A stretch of 64,000 nt of DNA from an uncultured Candidatus Berkelbacteria bacterium (GCA_903877885.1 CAIRFN010000002.1:1734-65733); one strand, 5' to 3'. Numbered from the stretch's first letter, positions 50,206-60,874 are shown. Notes: a model not told the origin generated them from the sequence alone. Numbers and translations are program-made.

Positions 50206-53200
50206 ATGATTTTAAAGAAACTTAAACTCGCTAATCGAAAATTAATGGTAATTTTAGCAATTGCCAGTTTAATTTTGCAATTTAGTATCATGCCAATAGT
50301 TAAGGCTGATGATGAAATTGCAATTTCCGAACCAGTCGCATCTGTCGAAACAAAAGATGTGGTCAAATCAGAGATTGCCCCCATTGTCGCAAAATCAGAA
50401 CCAACTCCAGAAATGACACCGACAGATGAACCAGCTATCGAGCCGGAAGCGACACCAACAATCGAACCAACGCCGACAGCAATTTCAACTCCAATTGTTG
50501 AAGTTTTGACAACACCGGCACCAACTCCGACAAGCGAGAATATTGCGCCAGAAAATATTGAAACTCCGGAATCTATCTGGCAAGTTGATGGCGCTAAAGC
50601 CACCACAACTCATCATGTCGAACTAAATACTCTTTACACTGCGCCGCAAAACGATCAAGTCACGGTCGAATTTACCAAATTGCCGGAAAAGCCGGGGCAT
50701 TTGTCGATTGAGGAAATTAAACTTTCCGACAGTCAAATGGCGACTTTAAATACTTCTTACAACAAGGCTTACGATATCACTTCCGATATGACTGACGGCA
50801 GTTTTGAATATACTTTAACGCTACCAAAAACCAATCAAGCCGCTGGCATTTCCTATTTGGAAAAATCAGTTTCCGAATTTAATCATAATATCGACAAAGA
50901 AGATATTAAACCAATCGATTCCGATAATATCAAATTGAAATCCAATACCATCGAAGCTAAAGATATTAATCATTTTACGATTTTTGTGACTATCGCAGAT
51001 TGGAATTTTGATGATTCGACAGCATTGGCAGATAGTAATAGTTTAAATCAAAATCTTGCGAAAAATGTATCAGTTGTTGGCTCAAGCTTTAGTAACTATA
51101 TTACTGGCGTCTCTGGAAAAGCAATTAATGCAAATTCTTGGAATAGTGGTGGAGACAAATATTGGCAAGCAGAAGTTAATACTACTGGATATGAAAATTT
51201 AAAATTAAGTTCTTTTCAAAAAAGTTCACCGACTGGGCCTAAAGATTTTAAAGTGCAGTATAAAATTGGATCTGATTCTTGGATTGATATTCCTGGTGGA
51301 GTCATAACCGTTTCTCCAAGTAATTTTACTTCTGGAACGATCAACGAACTTGTATTACCGATTGCTTGTAACAATCAATCAAATTTATTTATTCGTTGGC
51401 TTAAAAATTCAGAGGTTTCGGCTAACGATTTGACTATTGGAAGTACTGGCACAAATGCAATCGATAATATTAATATTCAAGGGTCAACAATAGTTCTTCC
51501 GACTCTGACCTCCTCCAACATTACGGCTGATGGAAATGTTATTGGTAATTTGGCAGATGGCGCGGTTTTAACCACCAGAAACGGTTCAAGTTTTCATCCT
51601 TTGGATGTTGCCAATGTGATAACCGCGGACGGTGATTTACCGGCGCAAAATTATGCTTTTAATTTGCAAGCCGATGAAGCGCAAAAGACTGAACTAAAAA
51701 ATTACTTTGCGGCGAAAGATGGTTGGAATTCAGATATGATTAATCAAATCAATGCTGAAATCGAGGGCACCGCTCCATTCTTTTATTTAAAATCCGCTGG
51801 CGCCGCTGGTTATTCTTTGATTGATGGCTTTAAAAAAGCGATGGGTCTGGGCGATAATCCTTTAGTGATTGACGATAATTACCCGACGGGAACTTATATT
51901 TACACTGGCGAAATTTCCGGTCAAACTAAGACAATTTCTTTGACTGTTAATCGAGCTGACATAACGCCGCCAGTCATCACTATTGATCCTTATGATACAA
52001 ATCCGACTAATCAAGATATCATTGTTACAGCTTCGACTAATGAAGGGACTTTAAATGCTATTTCTTACACTTTTACCGAAAACGGTAGTTTTGATTTTGT
52101 TGCCACTGACGCCGCTGGCAATGTTTCAACTCAAACCGTGACAATTACTAATATCGACAAAACCGCGCCAGTGATCGATTCAGTTACTTCTGCGCCAGAT
52201 ACAACTGGGGATGCTTCGACAATTACAGTTAATGCTCATGATAATATTGCAATTTTTTCGGTCAAAATTAATATTAACGGTACAGGCTATGTTTCCATGA
52301 CTGGCACTGGTCCTTATACTTATGAATATTTGCTTCCTAATAACGATATATCAAAAATAAATTACAGTGTGAGCCTAACTGATACGGTTGGAAACATCAC
52401 AACTAACAGCTATGGAATTAATCCGATTGACGATGAATCGCCAGTGATTACTTTAATTGGCGACAATGAAGTGACGGTTGAACGCACAAATTCTTATATT
52501 GACGCTGGTGCGACCGCACTAGATAATATCGATGGCGATATTACAACGGCAATCATTCCGACTAATAATGTTAATACTGATCTTATTGGTGATTATACTG
52601 TGACTTATAATGTTTCTGATAATAATTTAAATCCAGCTTTATATATTAGTCGTACAGTTCATGTTATTGATACGGTCGCACCAGTCATTACCATCGACCA
52701 ATATAATACCAACCTTACCAATCAAGATATCATTGTCACGGCTTCGACTAATGAAGGAACGTTAAACCAGAATTTATATACATTTACCGAAAACGGTAGT
52801 TTTGATTTTGTTGCCACTGACGCCGCTGGCAATGTTTCAACTCAAACCGTGACAATTACTAATATCGACAAAACCGCGCCAGTTATAACTCTAAATGGCG
52901 ATTCCAATATCGATATTATGCGAAATTCAACTTACACTGATGCTGGCGCAACGGCCTTAGATAATACGGATGGCAATATCACCGGCAGTATACAAATTGT
53001 TGGCCAAGTTGATACTTCGATTCCTGGAACATATTTGATTACTTACAATGTTTCAGATTCGGCTGGTAATGCAGCGACTGAAGTAACTCGAACAGTTAAT
53101 GTGATTTTGGAAAATAATCAGGTTGCGCCGGATTTGACTGGCAATGCCACTTTGAACGCAACTCAAAATCAACTGGTCGTGACCGATTCAGAAACGGCCG

Positions 53201-54060
53201 TTAATGTTCAAATTGATGACAAAGTAACAAATCCATCAATTGATTACAGTGAATTTTTGGAAGGCAGTAGTGTTCGAGTACCACAAACAAATATCAATTC
53301 CTCGATTTTGACGGTCCAAATTCCTTGGGGTACGACGATCACGAGTGATAATCAAACTTGGGATGGAATTTTGGCGGCGCCAACACTGACGACAGTGGAT
53401 TTGCCAACCGTTGAAGGCAAAACCGAAACTTTAAGTTCGGCTTTGGAATTGGGTTTTGCGGGCGGGAAACTGACTTTCGATCAAGCCGTCCGGTTGGTTT
53501 TACCAGGCGCGGCGGGTCAAAAAGTCGGTTACACTAGAGAAGGCGAGCCGTTTACCGAAATAACCAATATTTGCGCGGTTGATGATCAGGCTACCGGTGA
53601 CGGCCTGGCGGCTGGCGGTGATTGTAAAATTGATGTTGGCCAGGATTTGGTTATCTGGACAAAACATTTTACCAAATTTGCCGCCTATACTGAAGATGAA
53701 ATTAAAGATGGTGATTTAGATGATAATGCTGACAACAGCCATCATCACAAGAAAAAAACTGTTGTTAACCCAATTGTGACAGTTAATTTGCCAGGACAAA
53801 CTTTGGTTGGTGGTTTGGGTCAATCAAATCCGCTTGAGAGTACCGATACTTTGGATCAGAAAAAACCGGATTCAACCATTACCTCGCCTGAACCAGTTAA
53901 AGATGTTTTAGGCGCGGCCAACGATAATCCACAATTACATAAAAAGAATTTCTTGATTTGGTATATTCTTGGCGGTGTGGTTTTAGCTTTTGGATTCTGG
54001 TTTTTCTTTATCAAACGTGATAAAAATGATAAGAAGAAAAAGAAAAGAACGAGAAGATAA
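50206..54060 (+). CDS. giant cell-surface protein with tandem Ig-like (DUF5011-type) domains and C-terminal TM anchor plus basic tail
   Basis: Signal peptide and Thr/Pro-rich linker. Repeated ...DAGATALDN.DG.IT... modules. C-terminus WYILGGVVLAFGFWFFFIKRDKNDKKKKKRTRR. Confidence 0.8.
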   Translation: MILKKLKLANRKLMVILAIASLILQFSIMPIVKADDEIAISEPVASVETKDVVKSEIAPIVAKSEPTPEMTPTDEPAIEPEATPTIEPTPTAISTPIVEVLTTPAPTPTSENIAPENIETPESIWQVDGAKATTTHHVELNTLYTAPQNDQVTVEFTKLPEKPGHLSIEEIKLSDSQMATLNTSYNKAYDITSDMTDGSFEYTLTLPKTNQAAGISYLEKSVSEFNHNIDKEDIKPIDSDNIKLKSNTIEAKDINHFTIFVTIADWNFDDSTALADSNSLNQNLAKNVSVVGSSFSNYITGVSGKAINANSWNSGGDKYWQAEVNTTGYENLKLSSFQKSSPTGPKDFKVQYKIGSDSWIDIPGGVITVSPSNFTSGTINELVLPIACNNQSNLFIRWLKNSEVSANDLTIGSTGTNAIDNINIQGSTIVLPTLTSSNITADGNVIGNLADGAVLTTRNGSSFHPLDVANVITADGDLPAQNYAFNLQADEAQKTELKNYFAAKDGWNSDMINQINAEIEGTAPFFYLKSAGAAGYSLIDGFKKAMGLGDNPLVIDDNYPTGTYIYTGEISGQTKTISLTVNRADITPPVITIDPYDTNPTNQDIIVTASTNEGTLNAISYTFTENGSFDFVATDAAGNVSTQTVTITNIDKTAPVIDSVTSAPDTTGDASTITVNAHDNIAIFSVKININGTGYVSMTGTGPYTYEYLLPNNDISKINYSVSLTDTVGNITTNSYGINPIDDESPVITLIGDNEVTVERTNSYIDAGATALDNIDGDITTAIIPTNNVNTDLIGDYTVTYNVSDNNLNPALYISRTVHVIDTVAPVITIDQYNTNLTNQDIIVTASTNEGTLNQNLYTFTENGSFDFVATDAAGNVSTQTVTITNIDKTAPVITLNGDSNIDIMRNSTYTDAGATALDNTDGNITGSIQIVGQVDTSIPGTYLITYNVSDSAGNAATEVTRTVNVILENNQVAPDLTGNATLNATQNQLVVTDSETAVNVQIDDKVTNPSIDYSEFLEGSSVRVPQTNINSSILTVQIPWGTTITSDNQTWDGILAAPTLTTVDLPTVEGKTETLSSALELGFAGGKLTFDQAVRLVLPGAAGQKVGYTREGEPFTEITNICAVDDQATGDGLAAGGDCKIDVGQDLVIWTKHFTKFAAYTEDEIKDGDLDDNADNSHHHKKKTVVNPIVTVNLPGQTLVGGLGQSNPLESTDTLDQKKPDSTITSPEPVKDVLGAANDNPQLHKKNFLIWYILGGVVLAFGFWFFFIKRDKNDKKKKKRTRR
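51961..52175 (+). repeat. intragenic direct repeat (copy 1), about 210 bp with a 100-bp perfect core
   Basis: Copy 2 lies at 52675-52888. The perfect core is TTTACCGAAAACGGTAGTTTTGATTTTGTTGCCACTGACGCCGCTGGCAATGTTTCAACTCAAACCGTGACAATTACTAATATCGACAAAACCGCGCCAGT. Confidence 0.85.
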
Positions 54061-54090
54061 TCCGCCAGCTGGCAAAAAAATATGAAAAAA

Positions 54091-54115
54091 AGACTGTCGA
54101 AAGACAGTCTTTTTG
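54091..54115 (+). terminator. Rho-independent terminator
   Basis: AGACTGTCGAAAGACAGTCT followed by TTTTT. Confidence 0.7.
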
Positions 54116-54195
54116 GAAAAATATTTCAAGAGTTATCCACAGGTTATAAGTTCATTTTTATTTAACAGGTTGAATAGTAGACTCTTGACAAGGTG

Positions 54196-54225
54196 TTGAC
54201 AGGTAAAATCAATCTAGCATATAAT
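54196..54225 (+). promoter_or_regulatory. Pmra promoter of dcw cluster
   Basis: GGTGTTGACA, 18-nt spacer, TATAAT. A second TTGACA lies 11 nt upstream. Confidence 0.55.
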
Positions 54226-54281
54226 GAACCTAAGTGTTGATAGGTGGTAAAAAGTGGGGAAAACCTGTGGATATCTCATAT

Positions 54282-54711
54282 GTTTATCGGAGAATACTCG
54301 CACACAATCGATCAAAAGGGGCGAATGGCAGTGCCGAGCAAAATGCGCGTTAAACTTGGTAGTGGCGCGGTCGTAACTCGAGGTTTAGATAAATGTTTAT
54401 GGGTCTTTCCAAAAAAAGAATGGGAAAGTTTAGCTCAAAAATTAGCACAATTACCGATCACCGACGCTAATTCTCGCGCCTTTTCCCGGTTAATGCTTGC
54501 TGGTGCCATGGAAGTAGAATTTGACGCTCAAGGAAGGGTATTGCTTCCAGGCTATCTGCGAGATTATGCGGGACTAAATAAAAACACAATTGTCGCCGGC
54601 CTTTTCAACCGTTTAGAAATTTGGGACGCCAAAATCTGGGCCACATACAAAGCCAAAACCGAAAAAGATACAGATAAGATTACCCAGGCCATGTCAGATT
54701 TAGGCATTTAA
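54282..54711 (+). CDS. mraZ: transcriptional regulator MraZ
   Basis: MFIGEYSHTIDQKGRMAVP, with a second DxxGR repeat (DAQGRVLLP). The ORF-track start at 54244 adds non-conserved residues. Confidence 0.85.
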
Positions 54712-54893
54712 ATTATCGACTAGCAGCCAGCAAAAACAAAATAAAATACGGCTGCATCATATATTCAATCCTGCTGATCACAATAAGTGCCTGGCGGGAC
54801 AAAACAAAATTGGTTGCTCTGTTAGCCAAAAGGCGAAACAGAATTTAAGGAGGGGCACTGGCTGCTAGTCCTCTAGCGCCTCTCAAGGAAATC

Positions 54894-55775
54894 ATGCAAA
54901 AACACATTCCGGTTTTACCCAAAGAAACAATTGAATATCTAGATCCAAAACCAGGTGAAAATTTTATCGATTGCACCTTAGGTTATGGTGGCCACAGCCG
55001 TCTGATTTTAGAAAAAACCGGTCCGACTGGCAGACTTTTAGCGATTGATCAAGACGATGCGGCCTTGGAAGCGGCTGAAGAAAATCTAGCTGAATTTGGC
55101 GATCGCGTTCAATTCGAGAAAGCTAATTTTACCGAGCTGGGCTTGGTTGTCAGACGTTGGCCGGTTGATAAAATCGATGGTATTTTAATCGATTTAGGCG
55201 TTTCCACACCGCAATTAACTGGTGAGCGGGGATTTAGTTTTAATGTTGACGCGCCGCTTGATATGCGGATGAATCCGACTGTGCAACGCAAAACCGCGGC
55301 TGACATTGTTAATAAATATTCGGAACGAGAATTGGCTCAAATTTTAACAACTTTGGGTGAAGAACGATTTTCCAGGCAAATCGCTAAAAAAATCGTTGAA
55401 GCTCGTTATAAAAAACCGATTGCCACTACTTTTGAACTAGTGGATATTGTCAAAATGGCCACGCCGCCGGCGTATCGAATTGGAAAACGGCTGCATTTTG
55501 CCACCAATACTTTTCGGGCTTTACGAATGACGGTTAATGATGAGCTGGGAAATATTGAAAAGGTTTTGCCTCAAGCTGTTCAAGTTTTATCTCCAGGTGG
55601 TCGTTTAGTGATCATTAGCTTTCAATCACTTGAAGATAGAATTATTAAAAATTTCTTTCGCGATAATGAAAATTTAGAAGTTGTAACAACAAAACCAATT
55701 ATCGCCACAGAAGAAGAAATTGCTCAAAATGCGCCATCGCGTTCAGCCAAGTTGAGGGTGGCAAGGAAAAAATAA
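54894..55775 (+). CDS. rsmH: 16S rRNA (cytosine1402-N4)-methyltransferase
   Basis: HIPVLPKETIEYL...DCTLGYGGHS SAM-binding site. Confidence 0.9.
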   Translation: MQKHIPVLPKETIEYLDPKPGENFIDCTLGYGGHSRLILEKTGPTGRLLAIDQDDAALEAAEENLAEFGDRVQFEKANFTELGLVVRRWPVDKIDGILIDLGVSTPQLTGERGFSFNVDAPLDMRMNPTVQRKTAADIVNKYSERELAQILTTLGEERFSRQIAKKIVEARYKKPIATTFELVDIVKMATPPAYRIGKRLHFATNTFRALRMTVNDELGNIEKVLPQAVQVLSPGGRLVIISFQSLEDRIIKNFFRDNENLEVVTTKPIIATEEEIAQNAPSRSAKLRVARKK

Positions 55776-55784
55776 GGAGAGGAT

Positions 55785-56120
55785 ATGCTAATTACTAATA
55801 ATCGTTCTTGGCAAAACGGCGCCAGAAAACGAACGATTAAAAAAGATTTTAAGATCGGTCCAATGTCGATGAAATTTGTGACCATTACTCTTTTAGCATT
55901 AGCCGCCCTTTTTTATTTAGCTCAATCAGCGCAAGGTTCGTCGCAAAAATATCAAGTGATGCAATATTCGGCTGAAACTCAAGAATTACAAGCTCAAAGT
56001 AAAGATTTGGAGGTCCAAGCTGCTCGGCTTAAATCGCTGGACGAAATTAAAAAAAGCACTCAAAATAGTGATTTTCAACCAATTGATAGTAATTCTTTTA
56101 CTGGCAATAGTCAAAAGTGA
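55785..56120 (+). CDS. ftsL: FtsL-like cell division protein
   Basis: Small (111 aa) with a single TM followed by a coiled-coil. Positioned between rsmH and ftsI. Confidence 0.5.
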   Translation: MLITNNRSWQNGARKRTIKKDFKIGPMSMKFVTITLLALAALFYLAQSAQGSSQKYQVMQYSAETQELQAQSKDLEVQAARLKSLDEIKKSTQNSDFQPIDSNSFTGNSQK

Positions 56121-56138
56121 TAATTTAAAATAAGTCAT

Positions 56139-57833
56139 ATGAATGATTTTGGTCTGAAACGAATTAGGATTTTACTCGGATTTTTCGTTGTTTGCACTGC
56201 CGTCCTTGGCTGGCGCTTATTTGATAAACAAGTGACAATGCATGTGGCTTATGCCGCTCAAGCTCAAAATCAGTACTCAATTAAAAAAAGCGTTCCCGCT
56301 GAACGCGGAAAAATTTACTCATCAGACAGTATGCTTTTGGCAGCCAATAGTCGGCTTTACGATTTGATGGTAATTCCTAATTACATCAAAAGTACCGATC
56401 AGATGAATGTGGCCCAAACCTTGGCACCGTATGTTGGCCAGTCAGCTTCGGATATTTTTAATCTTATCAATAATGATAAATACTATATTCCGCCGTTGAA
56501 ACGAAAAATGACCGAGCAAGAAGGTCATAAAATTGCTGATTTGAAACTCAAAGGTGTTAGTGTAATTGCTGAAAGCGTTCGAAGTTATCCACAGGGCCAA
56601 TTGGCTTCTCAAGTTTTGGGTTTTGTCGATACATCTGGCAATGGCAAATATGGTTTGGAAGGTTATTTTAATGATGATTTGAAAGGTGTTGGTGGCCAAA
56701 TTTTTGGTTCCGGTGATACTCAAGGCCGGATGTTTGATGTCAATTCCCAGGTTGAAGCGCAAAATGGCGCTGATTTATATCTGACCATCGACAGTAATAT
56801 TCAATATCAAGCTGAACAGGTTTTATATGAAGCAGTTCAAAAATATCAATCTGATAATGGTTCGATTATTATTTGCGATCCCAACACTGGCGCAATTTTA
56901 GCTATGGCCAATTTTCCGACTTATGATCCTAATGATTATAATAAAGTTGATGATCAATCGGTTTTTAATAATATTGCTGTCAATAATGCCTGGGAACCAG
57001 GTTCGGTTTTCAAGCCATTAATTATGGCGGCGGCGATCGATCAAGGTAAGGTTCAACCAGATACCAAAAATACTTTTGCTGAATCCGTTAAAGTTGATCG
57101 CTATACGATTGAAACTTCAACCAAAAAGGCCTATGGCGAAGAAACAATGACGCAAGTGTTGGAAAACTCCGATAACGTGGCTATGGTTTGGATCTCTGGA
57201 TTATTGGGACGGGATAGTATGTATCAATATATTAAAAATTTTGGTTTTGGTCGAAAAGCCGGAATTGAATTGGATACCGAAGCGGCGGGAAATGTGGCCA
57301 ATGTTAAAAATTGGTCAAATTCTCAAACTGCGACCATGGCTTTTGGTCAAGGTGTAACAGCGACACCACTTCAAGTCTTGATGGCAACGGTAGCGATGGC
57401 TAATGGCGGAAAATTGCTTCAACCATATATTGTCAGCAAAATTGTGCGTCCTGATGGCAAAATTGATCAGACTCAACCAAAGGTGATTACTCAAGTTGTA
57501 CGACAAGACACAGCCCAAAAAGTCGATCAAATGATGGTGGCAGTAGTGGACAATGGTCATGGTCGGCCAGCTCGAGTGACTGGTTATTCGATTGCCGGAA
57601 AAACCGGCACAGCTCAAGTGCCGAAACCGGGTAGTGGTTATTATGAAGATCGGTTTAACGGTTCGTTTGTTGGTTTTGCGCCGGCACAAAACCCCAAATT
57701 CGCCATGATTATTAGAATGGACAATCCAAAAGCGGTGGCTTGGGCAGAGGACTCGGCGGCGCCGGCTTTTGGCGAAATGTCTAAATGGTTATTTAATTAC
57801 ATGGGAATCGCGCCAGATCGAAAACAACCTTGA
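56139..57833 (+). CDS. ftsI: penicillin-binding protein 2 / FtsI transpeptidase
   Basis: SVFKP (SxxK), SDN (ENSDNVAM) and KTGT motifs. N-terminal TM. Confidence 0.9.
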   Translation: MNDFGLKRIRILLGFFVVCTAVLGWRLFDKQVTMHVAYAAQAQNQYSIKKSVPAERGKIYSSDSMLLAANSRLYDLMVIPNYIKSTDQMNVAQTLAPYVGQSASDIFNLINNDKYYIPPLKRKMTEQEGHKIADLKLKGVSVIAESVRSYPQGQLASQVLGFVDTSGNGKYGLEGYFNDDLKGVGGQIFGSGDTQGRMFDVNSQVEAQNGADLYLTIDSNIQYQAEQVLYEAVQKYQSDNGSIIICDPNTGAILAMANFPTYDPNDYNKVDDQSVFNNIAVNNAWEPGSVFKPLIMAAAIDQGKVQPDTKNTFAESVKVDRYTIETSTKKAYGEETMTQVLENSDNVAMVWISGLLGRDSMYQYIKNFGFGRKAGIELDTEAAGNVANVKNWSNSQTATMAFGQGVTATPLQVLMATVAMANGGKLLQPYIVSKIVRPDGKIDQTQPKVITQVVRQDTAQKVDQMMVAVVDNGHGRPARVTGYSIAGKTGTAQVPKPGSGYYEDRFNGSFVGFAPAQNPKFAMIIRMDNPKAVAWAEDSAAPAFGEMSKWLFNYMGIAPDRKQP

Positions 57834-57848
57834 GTCATATCTTAAAAT

Positions 57849-59045
57849 ATGATAGAGTTAACACATATGATAGCTAATATTTTTAAACATTATTTACGAT
57901 TTTGGGCTAAATGTTATTTAAAACGAACAAACCCAAAAATTGTGGCCGTGACTGGTTCGGTCGGTAAAACTTCGGCTAAAGAAGCGATTTTTGCTGTTAT
58001 TTGGGAGCATTACGGCAAAAATGTGGCTAAAGCCGAAGGTAATTTAAATACTGAAACAGGTGTGCCTTTAGCTATTTTAGGTTTTACCAAATCGCCAACT
58101 AAATTTTACGACTGGTTGCCGATTTTTGTTTGCGCGCCATTTATAAGTTTCATGCGTCCCAAAAAAGAAATTTTAGTTTTGGAATTTGCCGCTGATAAAC
58201 CAGGGGATATTAAATATCTAACCTCGATTGCCAAGCCAGATATTGCGGTTGTCACCTCGATCGGCCCATCTCATTTGGCCGCTTTTGGCCAAATGTCTAA
58301 AATTGTTGAAGAAAAAATTTCGTTACTTTGGTCGTTGCCAAAAGACGGTTGGGCGGTTTTAAATATTGATGATGAAAATATTCGCAAAGCTTCATATGGT
58401 GGTCGTTGGCAAAAAATGACTTATGGCATTTCTCAACCAGCGGATTTAATTGCCACGAATATCAAAACGGAAATTAAAAATTATCAAGCCCAAACGATCT
58501 ATAATATCAACGGCAAAATCAATGCCGAAATTAATTCCAAAACTTTGGGTGGCCAAGCTAATGTCTACGCCGGATTAGCTGCTGCCGCGGTTGGTCATAT
58601 TCTAAATATTTCTGATCAAAAAATTGCTCAAGGTTTGTCTAAAGTTATGTCGCATGATCATCGAATGCAAGTTTTTGAAGGAATAAAAAATTCTACAATT
58701 ATTGACGATAGCTACAATGCCAATCCAGCATCGATGAAAAATGCTTTAACGGTTTTAAAAAATTTGAAAGCTGGGCGGAAAATTGCGGTTCTGGGCGATA
58801 TGCGCGAAATTGGATTAATGACTGATGAAGCCCATGTGGAAATCGGTAAAATTGCCAAGGAAACAGCAGATTTAGTTGTTGCTGTCGGCGATTTAGCTAA
58901 AAAATATGAAGCCATAAAACATTTCAAAAGTCGAGATAAAGCAATCGATTATCTTTTGAAAGAAGTGCACGAAGGTGATATGATATTAATTAAGGCTTCT
59001 CGTGCGATCGGACTAGATAAAATCGTTGAACAATTAAGGAAATAA
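57849..59045 (+). CDS. murF: UDP-MurNAc-pentapeptide synthetase MurF (short N-terminus)
   Basis: VAVTGSVGKTS P-loop. GNLNTETGVPLAILG matches the MurF NxNNxIGVP motif. 398 aa. Confidence 0.75.
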   Translation: MIELTHMIANIFKHYLRFWAKCYLKRTNPKIVAVTGSVGKTSAKEAIFAVIWEHYGKNVAKAEGNLNTETGVPLAILGFTKSPTKFYDWLPIFVCAPFISFMRPKKEILVLEFAADKPGDIKYLTSIAKPDIAVVTSIGPSHLAAFGQMSKIVEEKISLLWSLPKDGWAVLNIDDENIRKASYGGRWQKMTYGISQPADLIATNIKTEIKNYQAQTIYNINGKINAEINSKTLGGQANVYAGLAAAAVGHILNISDQKIAQGLSKVMSHDHRMQVFEGIKNSTIIDDSYNANPASMKNALTVLKNLKAGRKIAVLGDMREIGLMTDEAHVEIGKIAKETADLVVAVGDLAKKYEAIKHFKSRDKAIDYLLKEVHEGDMILIKASRAIGLDKIVEQLRK

Positions 59046-59046
59046 A

Positions 59047-60072
59047 ATGGAACAAATTCAAATTTATATCCCCAACTTAGCTAAGATCTTTTGGTTAACC
59101 GCGCTTTCATTTGTGATTGCCTTGATTTGGACACCAATTTTTACCGATTTTCTATATCGAAATAAGTTAGGCAAGCGAATTCGAAAAACCGGCATTAATG
59201 AAGAGAAAGCGCCGATTTTTTATGCGCTACACAAAGGTAAAGAAAATACACCAACCATGGGTGGCTTGTTGATTTGGGTGACGACGGCAGTGATTACGGT
59301 TTTGTTTAATTTATCCCGCGCCGGAACCTGGTTACCGGTTTTTGCCCTTGTGACTTCTGGAATTATTGGCGCGATTGATGATATTTTAAATATTCGTGGC
59401 ATTGGCCCAAATAACGGGGGATTAGCTTTTCGTTTCAAATTTTTTCTCTATTTAATTATTGCTGGCCTTGGTGCCTGGTGGTTTTACTTTAAGCTTGGTT
59501 GGGACATTTTCCATTTTCCTGGTGTTGGCGACTTTTTTCTTGGCTGGTGGTATATTCCTTTTTTCATTGCCATTATTGTCTTTATTTCCTTTGCTGTTAA
59601 CCAAACCGATGGTCTCGACGGCCTGGCTGGTGGCACTCTGGCGATTAGTTTTGCCGCTTATGGTGCAATTGCATTAGTCGAAGGACTTGTGCCTTTGGCC
59701 GCATTTTGTGGCACAGTAGCTGGTGCCTTGTTAGCTTTTTTGTGGTTTAATATTTATCCGGCTCGGTTTTTTATGGGCGATACCGGTTCAATGGCGCTAG
59801 GCACGACTTTAGGTGTAGTGGCATTTTTAACTAATTCGGTGGCGGTTTTGCCAATTATCGGTTTCATTTTTTTCTTGGAAGCGGCCAGCACCATTATTCA
59901 AATTATTTCTAAAAAATTTTGGCACAAAAAAGTCTTTTTGTCAGCGCCAATTCATCATCATTTTGAAGCTCTCGGTTGGCCAGAAACCAAAGTGACCATG
60001 CGTTTTTGGGTTATCTCCGCCGTCATGGCAGTAATAGGGGTAATGATTGCGCTCATTGGACGCGGAATATGA
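59047..60072 (+). CDS. mraY: phospho-N-acetylmuramoyl-pentapeptide transferase
   Basis: FFMGDTGSMALG, NQTDGLDGLAGG, and 10 TM helices. Confidence 0.9.
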   Translation: MEQIQIYIPNLAKIFWLTALSFVIALIWTPIFTDFLYRNKLGKRIRKTGINEEKAPIFYALHKGKENTPTMGGLLIWVTTAVITVLFNLSRAGTWLPVFALVTSGIIGAIDDILNIRGIGPNNGGLAFRFKFFLYLIIAGLGAWWFYFKLGWDIFHFPGVGDFFLGWWYIPFFIAIIVFISFAVNQTDGLDGLAGGTLAISFAAYGAIALVEGLVPLAAFCGTVAGALLAFLWFNIYPARFFMGDTGSMALGTTLGVVAFLTNSVAVLPIIGFIFFLEAASTIIQIISKKFWHKKVFLSAPIHHHFEALGWPETKVTMRFWVISAVMAVIGVMIALIGRGI

Positions 60073-60219
60073 ACGACCAAGAGAGCAATCACCTGTAGCT
60101 GATTGCGCTCATTGGCAGAGGAATATAAAAATAGGGGACGGTTCTCTTTTTAAGGTAAGTTTGATAATTTCTCTTTTTATGTTATGATTATTTTAGACTA
60201 TAAAGAGGAGGGAAGGAAT

Positions 60220-60825
60220 ATGACTTCACTAGAAGGACTACCGCTGAATATTGATCATCAAGAACAAGAGCCGTTTTCTGATTTTTTTAACAAAATTGCG
60301 GCTGAACTAGGTTTTGTTAAAAACGAAAGAATCCAGCATCTTGAACAAGAAATTATCAGTTTTCAGCATCGTAGCACAGACATTGAAGAACTACGAGAGT
60401 TGGTTAGCCAATTTCAAAGCGTAGCTGAGGAAACCTGTCAAAGTCAGCAATCCTGCGTTGGGATTATGTTTGCTCAGATGGCTTTATATGAAATGCGTGG
60501 CGACTATGAATTACTTGGCGATGAATTGGAAACATTGTTTTTGGACGAAGGTAACTTTGAAGGATTATCAGAGGAGACAATTGATAAACTCTGGCAAACT
60601 CGCGAAACTATCGATCGCTTAATTCAAGAACGTGCTGTTGATAATGAATTGACTGGAGCGGATATTTCTAATGCCTGTCAAGAAATATTGTCTCCAGAAG
60701 ATTGCGACGAGTTAGCCCAAATGTCGTTTGAAGAAGCTCTGGATTTTGCTACCAGTTTATTCATCGAAAACGGGGTAGATGAAGATATTAAAGAACTACT
60801 TAAAAGGAAAAATATTATCCGATGA
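60220..60825 (+). CDS. hypothetical acidic protein
   Basis: RBS GGAGGG 8 nt upstream of ATG 60220. 201 aa, highly acidic. A terminator follows. Confidence 0.5.
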   Translation: MTSLEGLPLNIDHQEQEPFSDFFNKIAAELGFVKNERIQHLEQEIISFQHRSTDIEELRELVSQFQSVAEETCQSQQSCVGIMFAQMALYEMRGDYELLGDELETLFLDEGNFEGLSEETIDKLWQTRETIDRLIQERAVDNELTGADISNACQEILSPEDCDELAQMSFEEALDFATSLFIENGVDEDIKELLKRKNIIR

Positions 60826-60853
60826 TTTTTATTTGCTATGCCACCGCCTAACC

Positions 60854-60874
60854 GGCGGTTTTTTATACCCTTGA
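60854..60874 (+). terminator. Rho-independent terminator
   Basis: CCGCCTAACCGGCGG followed by TTTTTT. Confidence 0.7.

Noticed and set aside
50166-50606. 146-aa antisense ORF overlapping the start of the giant surface protein
   Set aside because: It is low-complexity (Gly/Ser/Val-rich) and mirrors the Thr/Pro-rich sense region. The sense gene has a signal peptide and an RBS.
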